Origin: Fistulifera solaris
Taxonomy: Eukaryota
Direction of reading: 5' to 3'
Assembly (NCBI GenBank): GCA_030295235.1
Contig: AP026123.1
Coordinates: forward strand, 2,666,001 to 2,709,951
DNA length: 43,951 bases
Within the stretch, counting starts at the first letter, position 1. The number at the start of each line of letters is the position of its first letter. Shown here piece by piece: positions 22,251 to 35,800 of this stretch. Position numbers and translations under genes: made by a program. The notes beneath the pieces were generated by a model, which did no database searches, had not been told where the DNA came from, and saw only the letters and a list, made by a program, of their open reading frames with translations.

Positions 22251-24716
22251 TTAGCGCTTTCGTCGGCTAACAGAATCCTTGAACAACTTCTTAGTTTCAG
22301 GGTCTTTTATGTCATTCCACGGTGTGTTGCCCCATCGATCTGCGAGCGACAAATCTGCCCCATGTGATGCTAATACTCGAAGAACAGCAACACTTTTCTC
22401 TGCCACAGCGATGTGTGCAGCAGTACGCTTGTCGTAATCAGCTGCATTTACTTCGATTCCGGCTCTAAGTAATCGCTTCAACAAAACTATGTCCCCGTCG
22501 AAAACCGTCTGACATAGTACGGAGGCCGCGAGGCTTTCTGACATGCACAATTCAGCACCGTTTTCGAGAAGAATTTCCATCGCAACATCATTTCCATTCT
22601 TAACTGCCTCCAGCAAAGCAGTCGAGCCGTGCATATCAGTCGCATTCGGATTCGCCTGGGCGCATTGCGTTTAAAGTAAGATAGGCGCAACTGACACTCC
22701 ACCGGAAAAGAATTTTGCACTTGCCTTAAATTCCAGTAATAGCCGCACGACATCTGTATTGCCTTTCATGGACGCCACCATAATCGCAGTACGCCTATCA
22801 TAATCGGCATTGTTGGGGTCGAATCCTTGGTCGCACATCAGCGAAATTGTTGCCGTATCTCCTCTCGAAGCAGCGTAGAGGAATCTTGTTGTTTGGTCGT
22901 CCAACTGCTTATCCATATGCATTTTGACCAGATCCGCAACGGCCGTTTGTGAGTCTAGTCGCTGCTTTTCTTGTCCTTTCTCGATATCTAGCATGCTAAG
23001 GTATGATGCTTTGTCCATATCAAAACTTGACCCCGCACGAAGTACTTCGAGCCGCTTCGGAAGTGACACTAGTTGAGACTCGACCTTCTTCAACAGATTT
23101 TGGAGAATTTTGCCTGCCGAGCTTGGGTGATCCAGTGCCAGCTGCTTGTAGGCTGCCTGCGAGATTGTCAGCGTCTTACAAAGCGTCAAACAAGTGACAG
23201 AATCGATCTGCGGTGATTCAGTGAAGAACCCGATATCACCAATAAAATCTCCAGATTGCAGAAGCAAGCCCGTATCCAGTTGGTCAGCGTCATGACAGGA
23301 CGATCGTGCGCGGAACAAATCATGCGATTCTCCTGTGGTAATTTGAGCCAATCCACCAACCAATAGGAACAAATCGGACAAGATGGATCCCCGCTCAACA
23401 ATATCTTCGCCCGGACTAAAGATTTCTACCGTACACGACGCCAAAAAGGCATCGATAAATTGGGGTCGAATTTCGTGCATGAGCCGAGTCTGGACCAGTG
23501 GTTGCAGGTACAGTCTCCGCAGTATCTTGCGCCGCACTGCACTAGGAAAATTTTGTAAAACTTTCTCATCCGACACTTCGCGGTTGTTGAACTCCAGTCT
23601 CAGCTGAAGCCTCAGCTTGTTTGTCAGAGTTTCATCGAAATGGTTCATTTCACAGTATTGTTGTAGAATTTGTAGACTATCTCTGTATTCTCCTGTCTTT
23701 TCGTCCCCTTTTACAATTAGTAATGTGATAGATCCAATGATCCATGCCGCGGATGCCACATTTATTAGCATAAATACACTCCCCCAGAGTTGTTCGGTGG
23801 AATTGGCCGGCGAGAAATCACCATATCCGACAGTGCAAAACGTAACGATAGACTGCAAATCATAAGTTGAGACGGGCTTCTGCAAGTAACCTTTAAGTAT
23901 AGCGACAGTTCAACGTACCAGATATAAGGCTGTGATGTATCGCTGAAATCCTGTCATTTCATGTACACGCGGTCCCAACCATGTATCTTGATCAAAATCA
24001 CGCAGACGAGCGAGAAAGTACATAGAGCAGGCTTCCAAATGCGTCAACGCCCAAACGGCCCCAAAATTACGCATCAACGTAAACCACAGTAATGAGACTC
24101 GTGCGTCGTACTGAAGCACGTAAGACAGCTGCTTCATTCGATACAACCGAACGAACGCAAATAGGCGAAAGAGTGAAAACATCAAGAGGGTCGTCGGATC
24201 GCCGCCCCTTGCTTCGTCATTCAACCATCCTGCTAACCATAGCGCAACTCTTTCACAAGGAAATACACCCAAAAGGTCCACGAAAAACTTGCCCCCTAAC
24301 ACATATTCTTTCACAATTAGGGGACGCTCAAAAATGAGAACCTCTTGCTTATAGAACGCCAGATTGAAGCTGATGAAAATGTCAATCACAAATACAGCTG
24401 TCAATAGATCTTCCAGGTTATTCATAATATTATTGAAATTCCCGGGCTCATTCGAAAAAGCAATTTGAAAGGGTACGAGAAAAAGTGTAAAGATAGCCCC
24501 TAACGCGGTCAGAGTCCACCAGAGGCGATAAGAGAACATCCAGGGAAACAAAATCCCTCGAATATGATGAGCTTGTTTGAGAATACTCTGATCATACTGA
24601 AATGATGTATCGACTACTCCGTTCGGTCGCGACCGTAAGAGCTGCAACGCATCAAATGTTGTTGACAGCAATGGCTGCCCTTCCTCCGATAGCGTTGTGT
24701 CTACTGATTGTTTCAT
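22251..24716 (-). CDS. Plant Shaker-like (AKT/KAT/GORK-type) K+ channel with cNMP-binding domain and ankyrin repeats
   Basis: Transmembrane region, pore filter TFCTVGYGD, cNMP-binding domain (FSPGEDIVERG...GDFIGDIGFF) and ankyrin repeats (ADYDRRTA, ADYDKRTAAH). Introns at 23853-23918 (GT-AG) and 22656-22724 (GC-AG). Start codon uncertain. Confidence 0.93.
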
Positions 24717-25756
24717 TCGGCTTGATTCATTCAAGTGGTATGTCTCGAGATCCTTCCTTCGACTAGTCGATCATATTGTGCTTAATAGATTGCAAAGAAG
24801 AAGAGAAGATGATAGGAAAGAATTCATGATTGCAATGCATCGACGACGACGACTCTCTTTCATCATCAACAACTTCTTCAAAAATGTTAGGAAGCAAAAA
24901 GTACAAGTACTCAGAGTAATTGCGAAAAACAACCACTCTGGTATGCATTAGTAGTTAGTAGAGTTAAGGCTATCAAGATCAAGGGTAGGCGATGAAAATA
25001 GAAGTCTGTACTTCGTACGCTAGACCTTGGCGTTTACACGGATTATACCTGGTACTACGGAGTAGAATACAAGTAGTTTGCAACTGGTAAAAAAAGAGAA
25101 TTTTGCCATATCCAAACGCGCAGCCTTGCGCAGTCGCTCACTTGCTGTTGATTTCTGTTTTCTTACTTTGTGGCCTACAGCTTACAGCTACACCCTCAAA
25201 GACTACAGAATACAGAACATTGGGAAGTTCGATCGTTGCAAATTCGCTGGGCCCCTTGTTGCTAAGGCCTATAACGCCTATAACTCGAAGTGTTGCAACA
25301 AGTGAAAAGTGAAACGACAAACGACACTTGCCGAATTGCCAGTTGGGGCATGCGGCATGCGGGGCATGGGGCATGCCATGATGCTCTACCATTATATATT
25401 ATATATTATATCAGCGATAAGTACCTGGTATTGATAGAAACGGGGCTCATTTACGTAGTAATTACAAACTACAAACTCCATCTTTTGTGACGTGGAATTA
25501 CGAAGAATGACCGGTGACCGGTGACCCATGACCATGACCAACTGGCCTTGGACTTGGAACACATTCAGTATGCAAAATTGAAGTACAGAATGGAGAGGAG
25601 TCATCGGCTTCATCGTCAGACGCACGTCAGCAGTCAGCAGTAATAGAACGTCCAGCGAAAATAGGTCTACATTTGAAAATTATTTCATCCGCCATACCCG
25701 CAACTTCTTTCTCATTCCATCACAATAACGAAAAGCATCCAACTTAAAAGGAAAAA

Positions 25757-28700
25757 ATGCCGCTCGAGTCATCTGCATTGAAACTTGAATCGTCCAAGTC
25801 GCTTTCGTCAGAAGAGCGAAGGAGAGAGCACTTCGGACCCATCGCAATCTAATACGAACGCACGTTCGGATAGTTCGACTTCAGCAGACCATCTGGCTGC
25901 AAAAGAGACTGTAATTGTGAATCGAGCTAAGCTAGTTGTTTACATCAGTCTGCTCGTTGCAAGTGTAGCGATAGCTGTTGGTGCATTCTTCTTTGTCCGG
26001 AGCAAAGAAGAAAGCCAATTTCAAGGAGAAGTGAGTCGAACTAGAGTGACTTCTTGGGCTTCAAAAATTAAAACTAACGATCTCACCACTCAATCTTCTA
26101 TTAGTTTCTTAAGCTTGCTTCAGAAGTTATCGAACGATCCGAAACAAATGCAGAAAACACTGTGGGTCAAGTTCGCAGTCTCGCCATCGCGATCTCATCC
26201 CATTCAAGTTCTTTGGGTATGGAAAACGGGTGGCCCAACATTACGCTACCCCACTTTAAAGCACGAGTTCACGAAGCTGTTGATCTAACAGGATCCGAAC
26301 TCTTTGCATTTACTCCAATTGTCCCAATAGCAGAGAGAGAATCATTCGAAGCTTACACTGCGACAGAATGGCCGCTCCACCACGAAGGCATCATCCCAGA
26401 AGACATACACGATGTAGAAGGACAGCCAGTGATGACAACAAAAACCAACTATCTTCCCGTGTGGCAAGTGGCACCACGACCATGAGCGACATCAATATTA
26501 TGCTCCTCGATATGGACACCTTTCCGTGGTATCATCAGCTGGCACTCGGACGTGCTAGAGGTCAAACACGCTATCATGTCAGGTATCGTCGATGTTGAGT
26601 ATTTGCTACGTGCAACGCGCAGTAACGAAACCATTCCACAGTATCCGCGTTCTATCATCCTTCAAGATATTTCAAAAACGATCAACACTGGCAAACAAGG
26701 TAATGAATCGCAAACAGGGGGATTCGTTTTTGCTGTGCTTCCATGGGAACGATACTTCAACAACGTCATCCCGGCTGACCTCTTCGGGTTTATTGTTGAG
26801 GTCAAAGATCACTCGCGGAACGAATGTGACATATCGGATTGATGGATATCAAGTCAATGTCGTCGGGGAAGGGAACTTGCATGACAGCAAGTACAACAAC
26901 TTGCACCTCGAAGCGAATTTCGCGGGCTTCGCACAGTATGACGGAAGAGATAGTTCCGTCGAGCATTGCTACTACACTCTTGACGTGTACCCGACCGACG
27001 AACTGAAAGACACTTATATGACGAACGATCCTTTCCTATTTGGCGTCTGCCATTCTAGGAGTCTTTCTCTTCACCACAGGCATTTTCTTCTGCTACGATT
27101 GTGCTGTTGAAAGACGTCAACGGAACATTGCTAGCGTCGCAAAGCGGACAACGGATATTGTCAAGTCGCTCTTTCCCAAAAATGTACAAGATCACATCAT
27201 GGCCGAAGCCAAAGAAGAGGCGCAGAAAGCCGAAATGGGATTTGGAAAAGGAACATTCCGTGTTAGTGCGAAGGATCGACTGAAGGAAACCCTAAGCGGC
27301 TCTTTCAACGGTGATCAGAGCGAGCCAGTGTACAGAAATGCACCGCCCATTGCGGATCTCTTTCCTGCAACAACAATAATGGTAAGTATTTTATTGAGTA
27401 GTAGGATAGACTTGGCACTTTTAGGTTCCTGTTCAACAACTTACTCCGGTTGCTTCATTTTGTTCAAACACAGTTTGCCGATTTAGTTGGTAAGTCAACG
27501 GTTTTAGAAACCCGAGAGTTTGGAGGCTTAGCTAACACAGTCAATTGAATCTTTCCAATCCTTTAGGATTCACTGCGTGGAGTTCGATGCGAGCCGGCAC
27601 AAGTTTTTCAGCTGCTTGAGACAATTTATTCCGAGTTCGATACTATCGCGAAGAAGAGACTCATTTTCAAAGTCGAAACCGTGGGTGATTGTTATGTGGC
27701 AGCGTGTGGTCTTCCCTGACCCGCGGCGCGATCATGCTGTGGCTATGGCGCGCTTTGCTAGAGACTGCCGAGCTTGTATGATGTAAACATGACTGACCTC
27801 GAGATTACTCTGGGTCCAGATACCGGGGAGCTCGGATTGAGAATCGGCTTGCACAGTGGACCAGTGACGGTCACGTGGTAAAAAGTGGGTCTCGTTTCCT
27901 TGACCGACATCAACTGATATATTGTTACTTTTGATTATGCAAAGGGTGGCGTTCTTCGTGGCGAAAAAGCGCGATTCCAGCTATTTGGAGATACGATGAA
28001 TCGACAGCTCGCATCGAATCTACGGGCAAGAAAAACATGATTCATATCTCTGAAGAAACGGCAAATATTTTGCAAGCTTTCGGCAAGGGACATTGGACGA
28101 AGCTGCACGAGGACAAAGTCAACGCCAAGGGCAAAGGTGAATTGACCACATATTGGCTGGTGAAAGCAGATGGACCGCGGTCAACATCATCAGGCGTCTC
28201 ATCAAGGGATGGGGACCATGAAGAGGCCAAGAATGAAGAAGTAGATGCTATATTCCACAAGTCTGTACATGTAGTGACAGGCGTGCTGACAGAGAAAGCT
28301 CAGCGTTTGGTCAAATGGAACGCTGAAGTGATTGCAAAGATATTAAAGGACGTAATTCAAAGGCAGCGCTTTGAATGTCGTTGCCAATTTCAAAGCAGTC
28401 CGTTCGGCTGGAAGCCATAAGTCAAGTTGGTCACGTGCTCGAAGAAGTGACAGAAATTCTTTCTCTTCCTACTTTCGATGCCGAAGCCGCACTTCGTCAG
28501 GAAGCCCTTTCCCCAGTGACATTGGACATGAAAGTCATGGAGCAACTCGAAGCATACATTCACGGCATTGCAACCCTGTACCGAAATAATGCATTCCACA
28601 ACTTCGAGCACGTCAGTCACGTGACAATGTCTGTCACCAAACTCTTCTCGCGTATAGTTGCTCCTGAAGTCTCCGGAGATGACCGAACACTTCACGATCA

Positions 28701-29477
28701 CACGTGCGGCATCACGTCAGATCCACTGACACAGTTTGCCGCAGCTTTCGCGGCTCTCATCCACGACGTCGACCACCAAGGTGTTACCAACGCAACTTTG
28801 ATCGAAGAGAATAGTCCCATTGCAGCCGTTTACAACAACATGAGTGTCGCCGAACAGAACTCGGTCGACATTGCGTGGTCCCTCCTGTTGGACGATTCTT
28901 TCACAGACCTTCGTAACTGCATTTACACGACACCCGCCGAGTACAACCGATTCCGACAGCTAATTGTTAACATGGTCATGGCAACCGACATCATGGACAA
29001 GTCTTTGAGTCAGGCACGCAAAGACCGCTGGGTAAAGGCGTTTTCGGAAGGCGGCGATGGCGGTAACGAAATTCCGGAAGACTTGGGCGACAAATCAATC
29101 GCAAAGCCACGATTGTTCTCGAGCATGTCATCCAAGCGTCTGACGTTTCGCATACGATGCAGCACTGGCACATTTACCGCAAATGGAACGCCCGATTGTT
29201 TGAGGAAATGATGGTTGCTTATCGTCAGGGTCGCACACAGAAGAACCCTGCTGATCTCTGGTACGAGGGCGAAATCGGCTTCTTTGACTTTTACATCATT
29301 CCTTTGGCGAAGAAGTTGAAGGAATGCGGTGTCTTTGGCGTCTCGAGTGATGAGTATTTGAACTACGCCGAGACCAATCGCAAGGAATGGGAGGCCAAAG
29401 GCAAAGAAGCCGTCGCCGAGATGGTTGCCAAATTCGGAGCTCTGCCAGTCCCCACCGAATATCATCTGTCTTCATAA
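25757..29477 (+). CDS. Receptor-type class III nucleotide cyclase-phosphodiesterase fusion (many frameshifts in this sequence)
   Basis: TM helix, extracellular domain, second TM, cyclase motifs (FADLVGFTAWS, KVETVGDCY, RIGLHSGPV, RFQLFGDTMN), then PDEase motifs (FHNFEHVSHV, HDVDH, ATD, ASDVSH, EIGFFDFYIIPLA). Introns at 26031-26104, 27382-27473, 27490-27566 and about 27870-27944. Confidence 0.9.
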
Positions 29478-30340
29478 TTCGTTTATTTCTATAATGATCT
29501 TTTTGTAGCAACCGAGTTTGCAATGCTATTGACAAGCGGAAAAGAGGGAAACAAAGTCCACCGCATTCCGCTTGTGATGAGAAAACCTCTGACGGGCGTT
29601 TCACACGCCAATGTGACGCAAATAACCTGCAATCCTGGTCGAATATGCTACAATAATCGGAACGCATTCTTGTTGCTGTAATAACGAAAAGAGTCGAAAG
29701 CTTTTTCTTGTCGGAGAGTACTGCGAAATGAAGTTCAATGAAAAAGGTGTTTGCTTGAGGCCCCCTGGATAATGCTGAATGCGCACTTCCTCAAGCGGGC
29801 GGCTTTTCGATCGCCGTCCTTTGTTTTCTCGTGCACATTTCAAATGAGTGACTAAAGATATAAAATGGTTGCCTATCGTGACAAAGAATAGTCTAGTTGC
29901 ATTGTTTGAAATAAAACCTTCGTCAGAGTGTCGTCGACACCTGCTATCACCTATCACTACCAGTACTATAGACCCAAAGTGTTGGTTCAGCCACTGGATT
30001 TCAGTCCCTAGCGAAATGTTCGATCTCAGGTAAAGGGTATACACCATTATACACCATTAGAAAAGCAATACATAAGTCAAAAATGAAAAAAGTAATGTTA
30101 CTGAATCCGCATGATGTGTCGGAATATGAAATGATTTATGGAGTAATAAAATGCGGCAGTACTGGTATGCTTGTTACTCCGTACCAGGTAAGGTTACGGA
30201 GTATTATTTATTTTTGGAGAACGCCTAATTGGCATTTTTTTGTTTGTTCTCATTGCTTTTATGCGGAGTGATAAATAACAAAGATCGAAACGATTACTTG
30301 TACACGGCTAGAGAAAATACTTAATGGTCGCGTCGGTACA

Positions 30341-32375
30341 ATGATGTTTCGGTATCTTGATGAAGAAGGACGTTCGCGCCAATTGTGCAATTCCGTTTCG
30401 AAGGATGTTAGATTTCTGTCTCTCAAAGTGTTGCCTTATTGCGACGAGAATCAATCTCCTGAGCTGCAAAGACTAACAGAAGACGAGTTCAGTGATGATC
30501 TTTACTTGGAGAATCTGCTTGCTGATGTATTCGAGATCGACGAAAATCGCATTGTAATGCGTTGGTGGAATACCTTGGTAAAGTCTGTTGCATTTCTGGA
30601 TTTCTCGTTAGCGATCATACAAACCTTTTCAAGTATTGACCAACCTTATGCTTTGAAGTACATGTTTTCATTGTTTTTGCAATTTAAACAAGAAATCGAG
30701 CTCCTCTTTTCCGGCACTATGGTTTATAGGCGCATTCGTGGATCAAGTACGTGTCCGAGCTCGCCGTGCAAGAGATAAATCGCGCCTAAGAACTTCAGAG
30801 CAGGAAGAAGCGCGAGCGAACTGGACGAGTTCGAGCTTGTTTATTTTACTTCAGTAACAATTCAGCTGCTTCTGATCCCTGTGGGGTTCTATACCTATGT
30901 GCGGGACCGTGCTGGTGGAGCAAAGATACAAAACTATTTTCATGTGCTTTTGCGACAAGAACATAGCAATCAACGCGAGGAAATAGGCACGGATGATCCA
31001 TTTGCGCACTATACGTTGCTTTATGTGGTTTTGAATCATGTGCACAGTCTTTCGGCAGCTATACTTCACGGTCGATTCCAAGCATTAGCAAAGGCATTCC
31101 GACTTTCTGTAATCCAGCGAGTTGATGCGGCGCTTTATAGCGCCCTTTCGTTTCTATCAAAGGACACGGCGGTTCATTCGTTTCGTTCAGTGGACACATT
31201 ATATGGGTCCGATCGCCAACAAAGTAAGGGATTTAAAGCTCTCCATTGAGAGTCTTGAGTCCAATATCGCGAGGAACGGGACGGCCGAAGGGCAAGGGAA
31301 GCAAGGGATAGATCACAGGAGTACCGAAATGAAACAAAGATTCGTGAATATGCGGCTTGGGTCATTCAATGTGCCTTCCGGTCCCATCATGTGCGAAAGA
31401 CGAAGGCATTGCGTGCACTCACCAACCAGATTGAGTATTTGGCTGCCAAGCGCCTGCAACGTCAATTCCGAGCCAGTTTGAAGCGCGCAGCGACCGAATT
31501 AAGAAAAAACGTCAAAGAGTATGTACTCCTTGCGAAAGAGGAACGGATGCGACGCAAGCAAGGCGATCAGCTTAAGCTTTCACAACGCAAACGAATGTCA
31601 CGAACTCCAGGCCGAGTTGACTCGATCCTTTCAAAAGCTGGTCAACAAAGAGCTCTCACTGATGCCAAATACTCAATCGCAGTTTCTTGGCGAATTCTTT
31701 TGTTGCTGGTTGTTTTTTCCGATGTTCTCGGGCTAATTATTCGACCTTTGATGCAAAGATACGGTTATACAACGCTCAAAATGGCTCTTCCGTCTGTATT
31801 GGACAAGTTACCTTCAGCGCTGCGCATACCACCGCGTCGAATTTGTCGTTTGTCTCAGGAAAGTCTAAATGCGTTTCAGTGCTCTCATGGCAACAGAAAG
31901 AAACAAAAGCTTTTTATTCTCATTCAGGGAGCCACTTGGATGCCGAAACGGAGCTGTCATGATCCAGAAAACGTTGCCGCGGTACTGTGAATGGTACGTC
32001 TTGGGAGCTATGATCATTTCCATTTCAGAGTTCTTAGTTCGAGACTTTGTTTCTGTGCTTGGAATGATTCGCTGTCTGGACATTTTCATAACTTTTTTTC
32101 ACTGGCGAGGTCGACCGAAAAACAGGCTTGTTACAACCAAAACCCTTTATGAAGCGATAACTCTTCCCAGGTCTGTTATTGCAGTCTTTGGTAAATCCTA
32201 GCTTTCACACTGTTGTTGGATGCATCCATCCAATACTTGCTTGGTTAAGCGTCAAGAAGGCCCCTTCCGTGTCTTAAGATGGACCGTCGCTTTATTTTAC
32301 CTTACGGCACTGCACCTCAAAGCCTTGATAATCCACCGGTGGCGCAAATTTGTAAGATTTGAAAATTATAGGTAG
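30341..32375 (+). CDS. Hypothetical membrane protein with IQ-like motifs and ion-transport-like helices; heavily frameshifted
   Basis: Fragments across frames: AAWVIQCAFR and AAKRLQRQFRASL (IQ-like), WRILLLLVVFSDV, and CLDIFITFF-TGEVD (S2-like segment). Boundaries are approximate. Confidence 0.5.
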
Positions 32376-32881
32376 GAAATATCGTTTTAGAATGGACCGC
32401 GTTTTTAAAATGGACGGCCACTTTGAATCTAGCGGAAACGGAAACTCATATTATTTCAATTATAAATTGATGCTCGGCTTACGCTTTAGCATTACTGAAT
32501 ATCAAATGTAATTGTTATGAATAGTATTGACAACTTAGGTTAACGAGCGATGAAGCTGATGATTAGTCGAACACAACGGAATAGGATGATAATGATTTGC
32601 TCCGTAAAAATGCTATCTTCGGGGACTGAAGCGATGCTGATTCACGAGAACAGGTAATGTACAAATTCACCCTACCAGGTATACTGGTAGTGCATCGCGT
32701 TGCGTATGGCAAGTGGCAAAGTGGCAAAGTGGCAAAACCACGCCACGCTGTATTTATTACTGCGCTGCGACGGCGAGAACGATGAGCGATAACAAAATCG
32801 AACGAATAAAGCTCTCTTCCTTTGTGTTTACATGAATTAATCACCTTATTACTATTTTTCCCTTTAAAATTATTGACTCAA

Positions 32882-35800
32882 ATGGAAACAGAGAAAGAAA
32901 AAGTTGGAGGACGACGATCACAAGCACGCAAGATGTCACAATGAAGCGTCGGCAACCTCTAATACAGATGTCACTACGTCGATTTTGAATGACGCATGCA
33001 GTGATCAAGCTGCAAACACGAGAAACAAAAGTTTGAAGACTGAAAATTATGCTCAAAGTAGTGAACAATCTACTCCGGGAGAAAGCAGCGATTCCGCCCG
33101 AAATAGCGGCGACAATTCGGACAAAGATGGCGGAGATAACGACGGACTGTCGGATTCACGAGAAACTGCGTCTGGAGCGCATACGGAGAAATCAAGAATA
33201 TCTCACTCGCTTGGGATTAGAGGAGCAAAAGAGTAAATGGAAGCCTCAAAAGAGAGTTAGGAGAAATAGGGACGATTCGACAAAACTGGAAGAAGAGACG
33301 ACGCACCAACAAAGAAAAGCATCGCCCGAGCGAAAACAGAGCAAGTTCGTTATTCCGATGTTTCAATAAGTGAGATTCTAGGACGCAGACCCCGAGCTCC
33401 TGAATCTAAACCTCGAAAGCGAAAAGTGGAAAAGGAAATTCAGCATCGCATGGAGCGTTACATCTATCGGGAGTTTCAGCGAATACAAGCGAACGAAATG
33501 CCGCTCAAAAGCAAATCGAGAACTTGATTCGAAGATCTGAAAAAGAAAAAGGCTTTTTGGGGAAAGATTATAAAGCAAAAGAATATCGCGGACAGCTTTC
33601 ACAGGCGCGCCAACTGGAACTGAAGGAGGAGGCGTGCCTTGTTTAACGGACTGACTCTTCAGCGAATTGTTGAAAGAGATAGACAATCGAGTGCCGGAGC
33701 TATTACAAGCTCGCGCAGAAATACGACCAAGAAGTTGAGGTGCGTTAAAATGAGTGATTGTGATGGTATATGCTGTTCCATCTTTGCTTATAAACTAATC
33801 CTCATGCTGTAGGAAGCACGTCGAACGAAGATATTGAATATGAAAAGCGGAAGAAGCGACTTCAAATTCAACAATTTTGTGCTCTCGACATATATCCGAT
33901 AATTCTCAAGGTAAGAGGTAATCGATGGGCATCTTGTTTATATGAAAATCCCCAGCCATTCTCACCATAAGAACACTAGAATGCATATTCTATCTTGGAT
34001 GCCATACTCTCACGGACGTTTAAGTCGACAGTGGTACACCTCAGCGAAGGTCGAACCGAGTGCAATTCCGTCGTAGCTCCCCCCGACCATTTCCGACAAC
34101 AAAACTAGAAGCACCCCTAACGGACCCGCAAAAAGCTATATAAAAGGGTGTGGTATTTACGATGATCGGACTCTTTCGCATCGTGGCGGCGGATGGATTT
34201 CTCCTTTTTCGCCGCTGACAATCGATAGGGCGTGGCCTGACCGTAAAGATATCTCACGTTCCACAGGTTGGTGATCTCATTCTCTATTATCCCGTGGGCC
34301 ACTGGCTTTTTCTTGCGAAACATCCGGACGAATTTGATGAAACTAATGAGGCTCGAACTCCTCTGTGGAACAGAGTTGTAACCGAAACAGAACCCGCAAT
34401 TACTTGGTGGAGGCGACCACTGGTTAGATTCGGCGAAAACCGGTTCGCACTTTATCCACTAATTTGCAGAGTTACGGAGACACACTTCGAATTTCCGCCC
34501 GGCGACCCATACGCCATGTCAGATGGAGGTGATGGACATATCATTTGGAAGAAAAGAGACAATGCTTCGACTAAATTTCGCCACAATACTTTGGTTCGTC
34601 TCGCGATTTCTCTTAGTCCTTTATCCTCTGTCCTGCCTGAATTGACGCAGCTGCCGCCTACTTTTTCTGTTGTTTGGTTCCCGTCAGATGATGCGAAGCC
34701 TTTTTGGTCCCATTCCAAGACAACGTCGCGAATTTATCATTCACTGTCAGAAGGTTCACTTGTGACAGCAGATGGAATACAAGTAGTTGTTCAACAATTT
34801 ACTACGGCTCAAAGGCAGGAGTACTCGCTTGAATCAACACATGCCATCGCTATCTGTAATTTTTCGGAGCAATCAGAGATCCATACACGAGATTTTGCAA
34901 AGCGAAATTGCGGCGCTATCTGCAGAACAGGGAATCTCCTCTCAAGAGCTCAGTCTGATTGCTGCACTTTTTCAGCGGACGGCTGGAGCTCAATGTTGTA
35001 CAAGGACGATATGCCAACTCTGTCAGCAATCAGAAAATAACAATTTTCGCCCTGATCCAATCAACGCTTCCTCTGTGGCAGGGGCGTCATGTGTGCCGAA
35101 ATCGAATAAGAGAATAGAGATGTCGCTTTCTCCCTGGGAATTGCAGCTGAGTACTTGTCAATCTGCCATGCTTGTTCTTAAAAAGGGCGTACAAGATTTG
35201 ATCGAATTCGTCATTGATCGAACGGTGGCGGAGCACCCAAAGGCGGATCAATTTCACGAGGATCTGACAGAAGTTGAGGCCCCATCGTATTCGTGTGCTG
35301 TTCCAGTACCTATGTCTACTTCTGTCGTTTTGCGCAAGCTTCGTTGCCGATACTACCGAAGCATTAATTCGCTCTTAAACGACTTCAACATCATCCTAGG
35401 AAACTGCTTGGCGTACAACTCTCCAGAGCGCACCGGTTGTCGCCGCTGCACGATCGTTTGTGTCCTACGTCCACTACAATATTATCGGCGCTATTGATGA
35501 AAGCGAAAAGTTGCACGACAACATTGGATTCAGCATTCCACCAACAATCCAAGTCGACGCCAATCCGACTCTTTTCTCCAAACCAGCTGATACTTTATCG
35601 AATAAGGGCGAACTGGAACGCAAATGGATGTATGATGGCACATTGTGGACCCCCAATGCGGAGATGTTGTGCTTTACTCACGAACAAGTCACCAGCAATT
35701 TGTAGAGTTTCACTCAATTGACCTGGGGGCTACGCGATGTCAAACGTTAGAGTTACGTGTGGGCGATCGTGGCGACGTTGAGGCACTAGTATTATGAATG

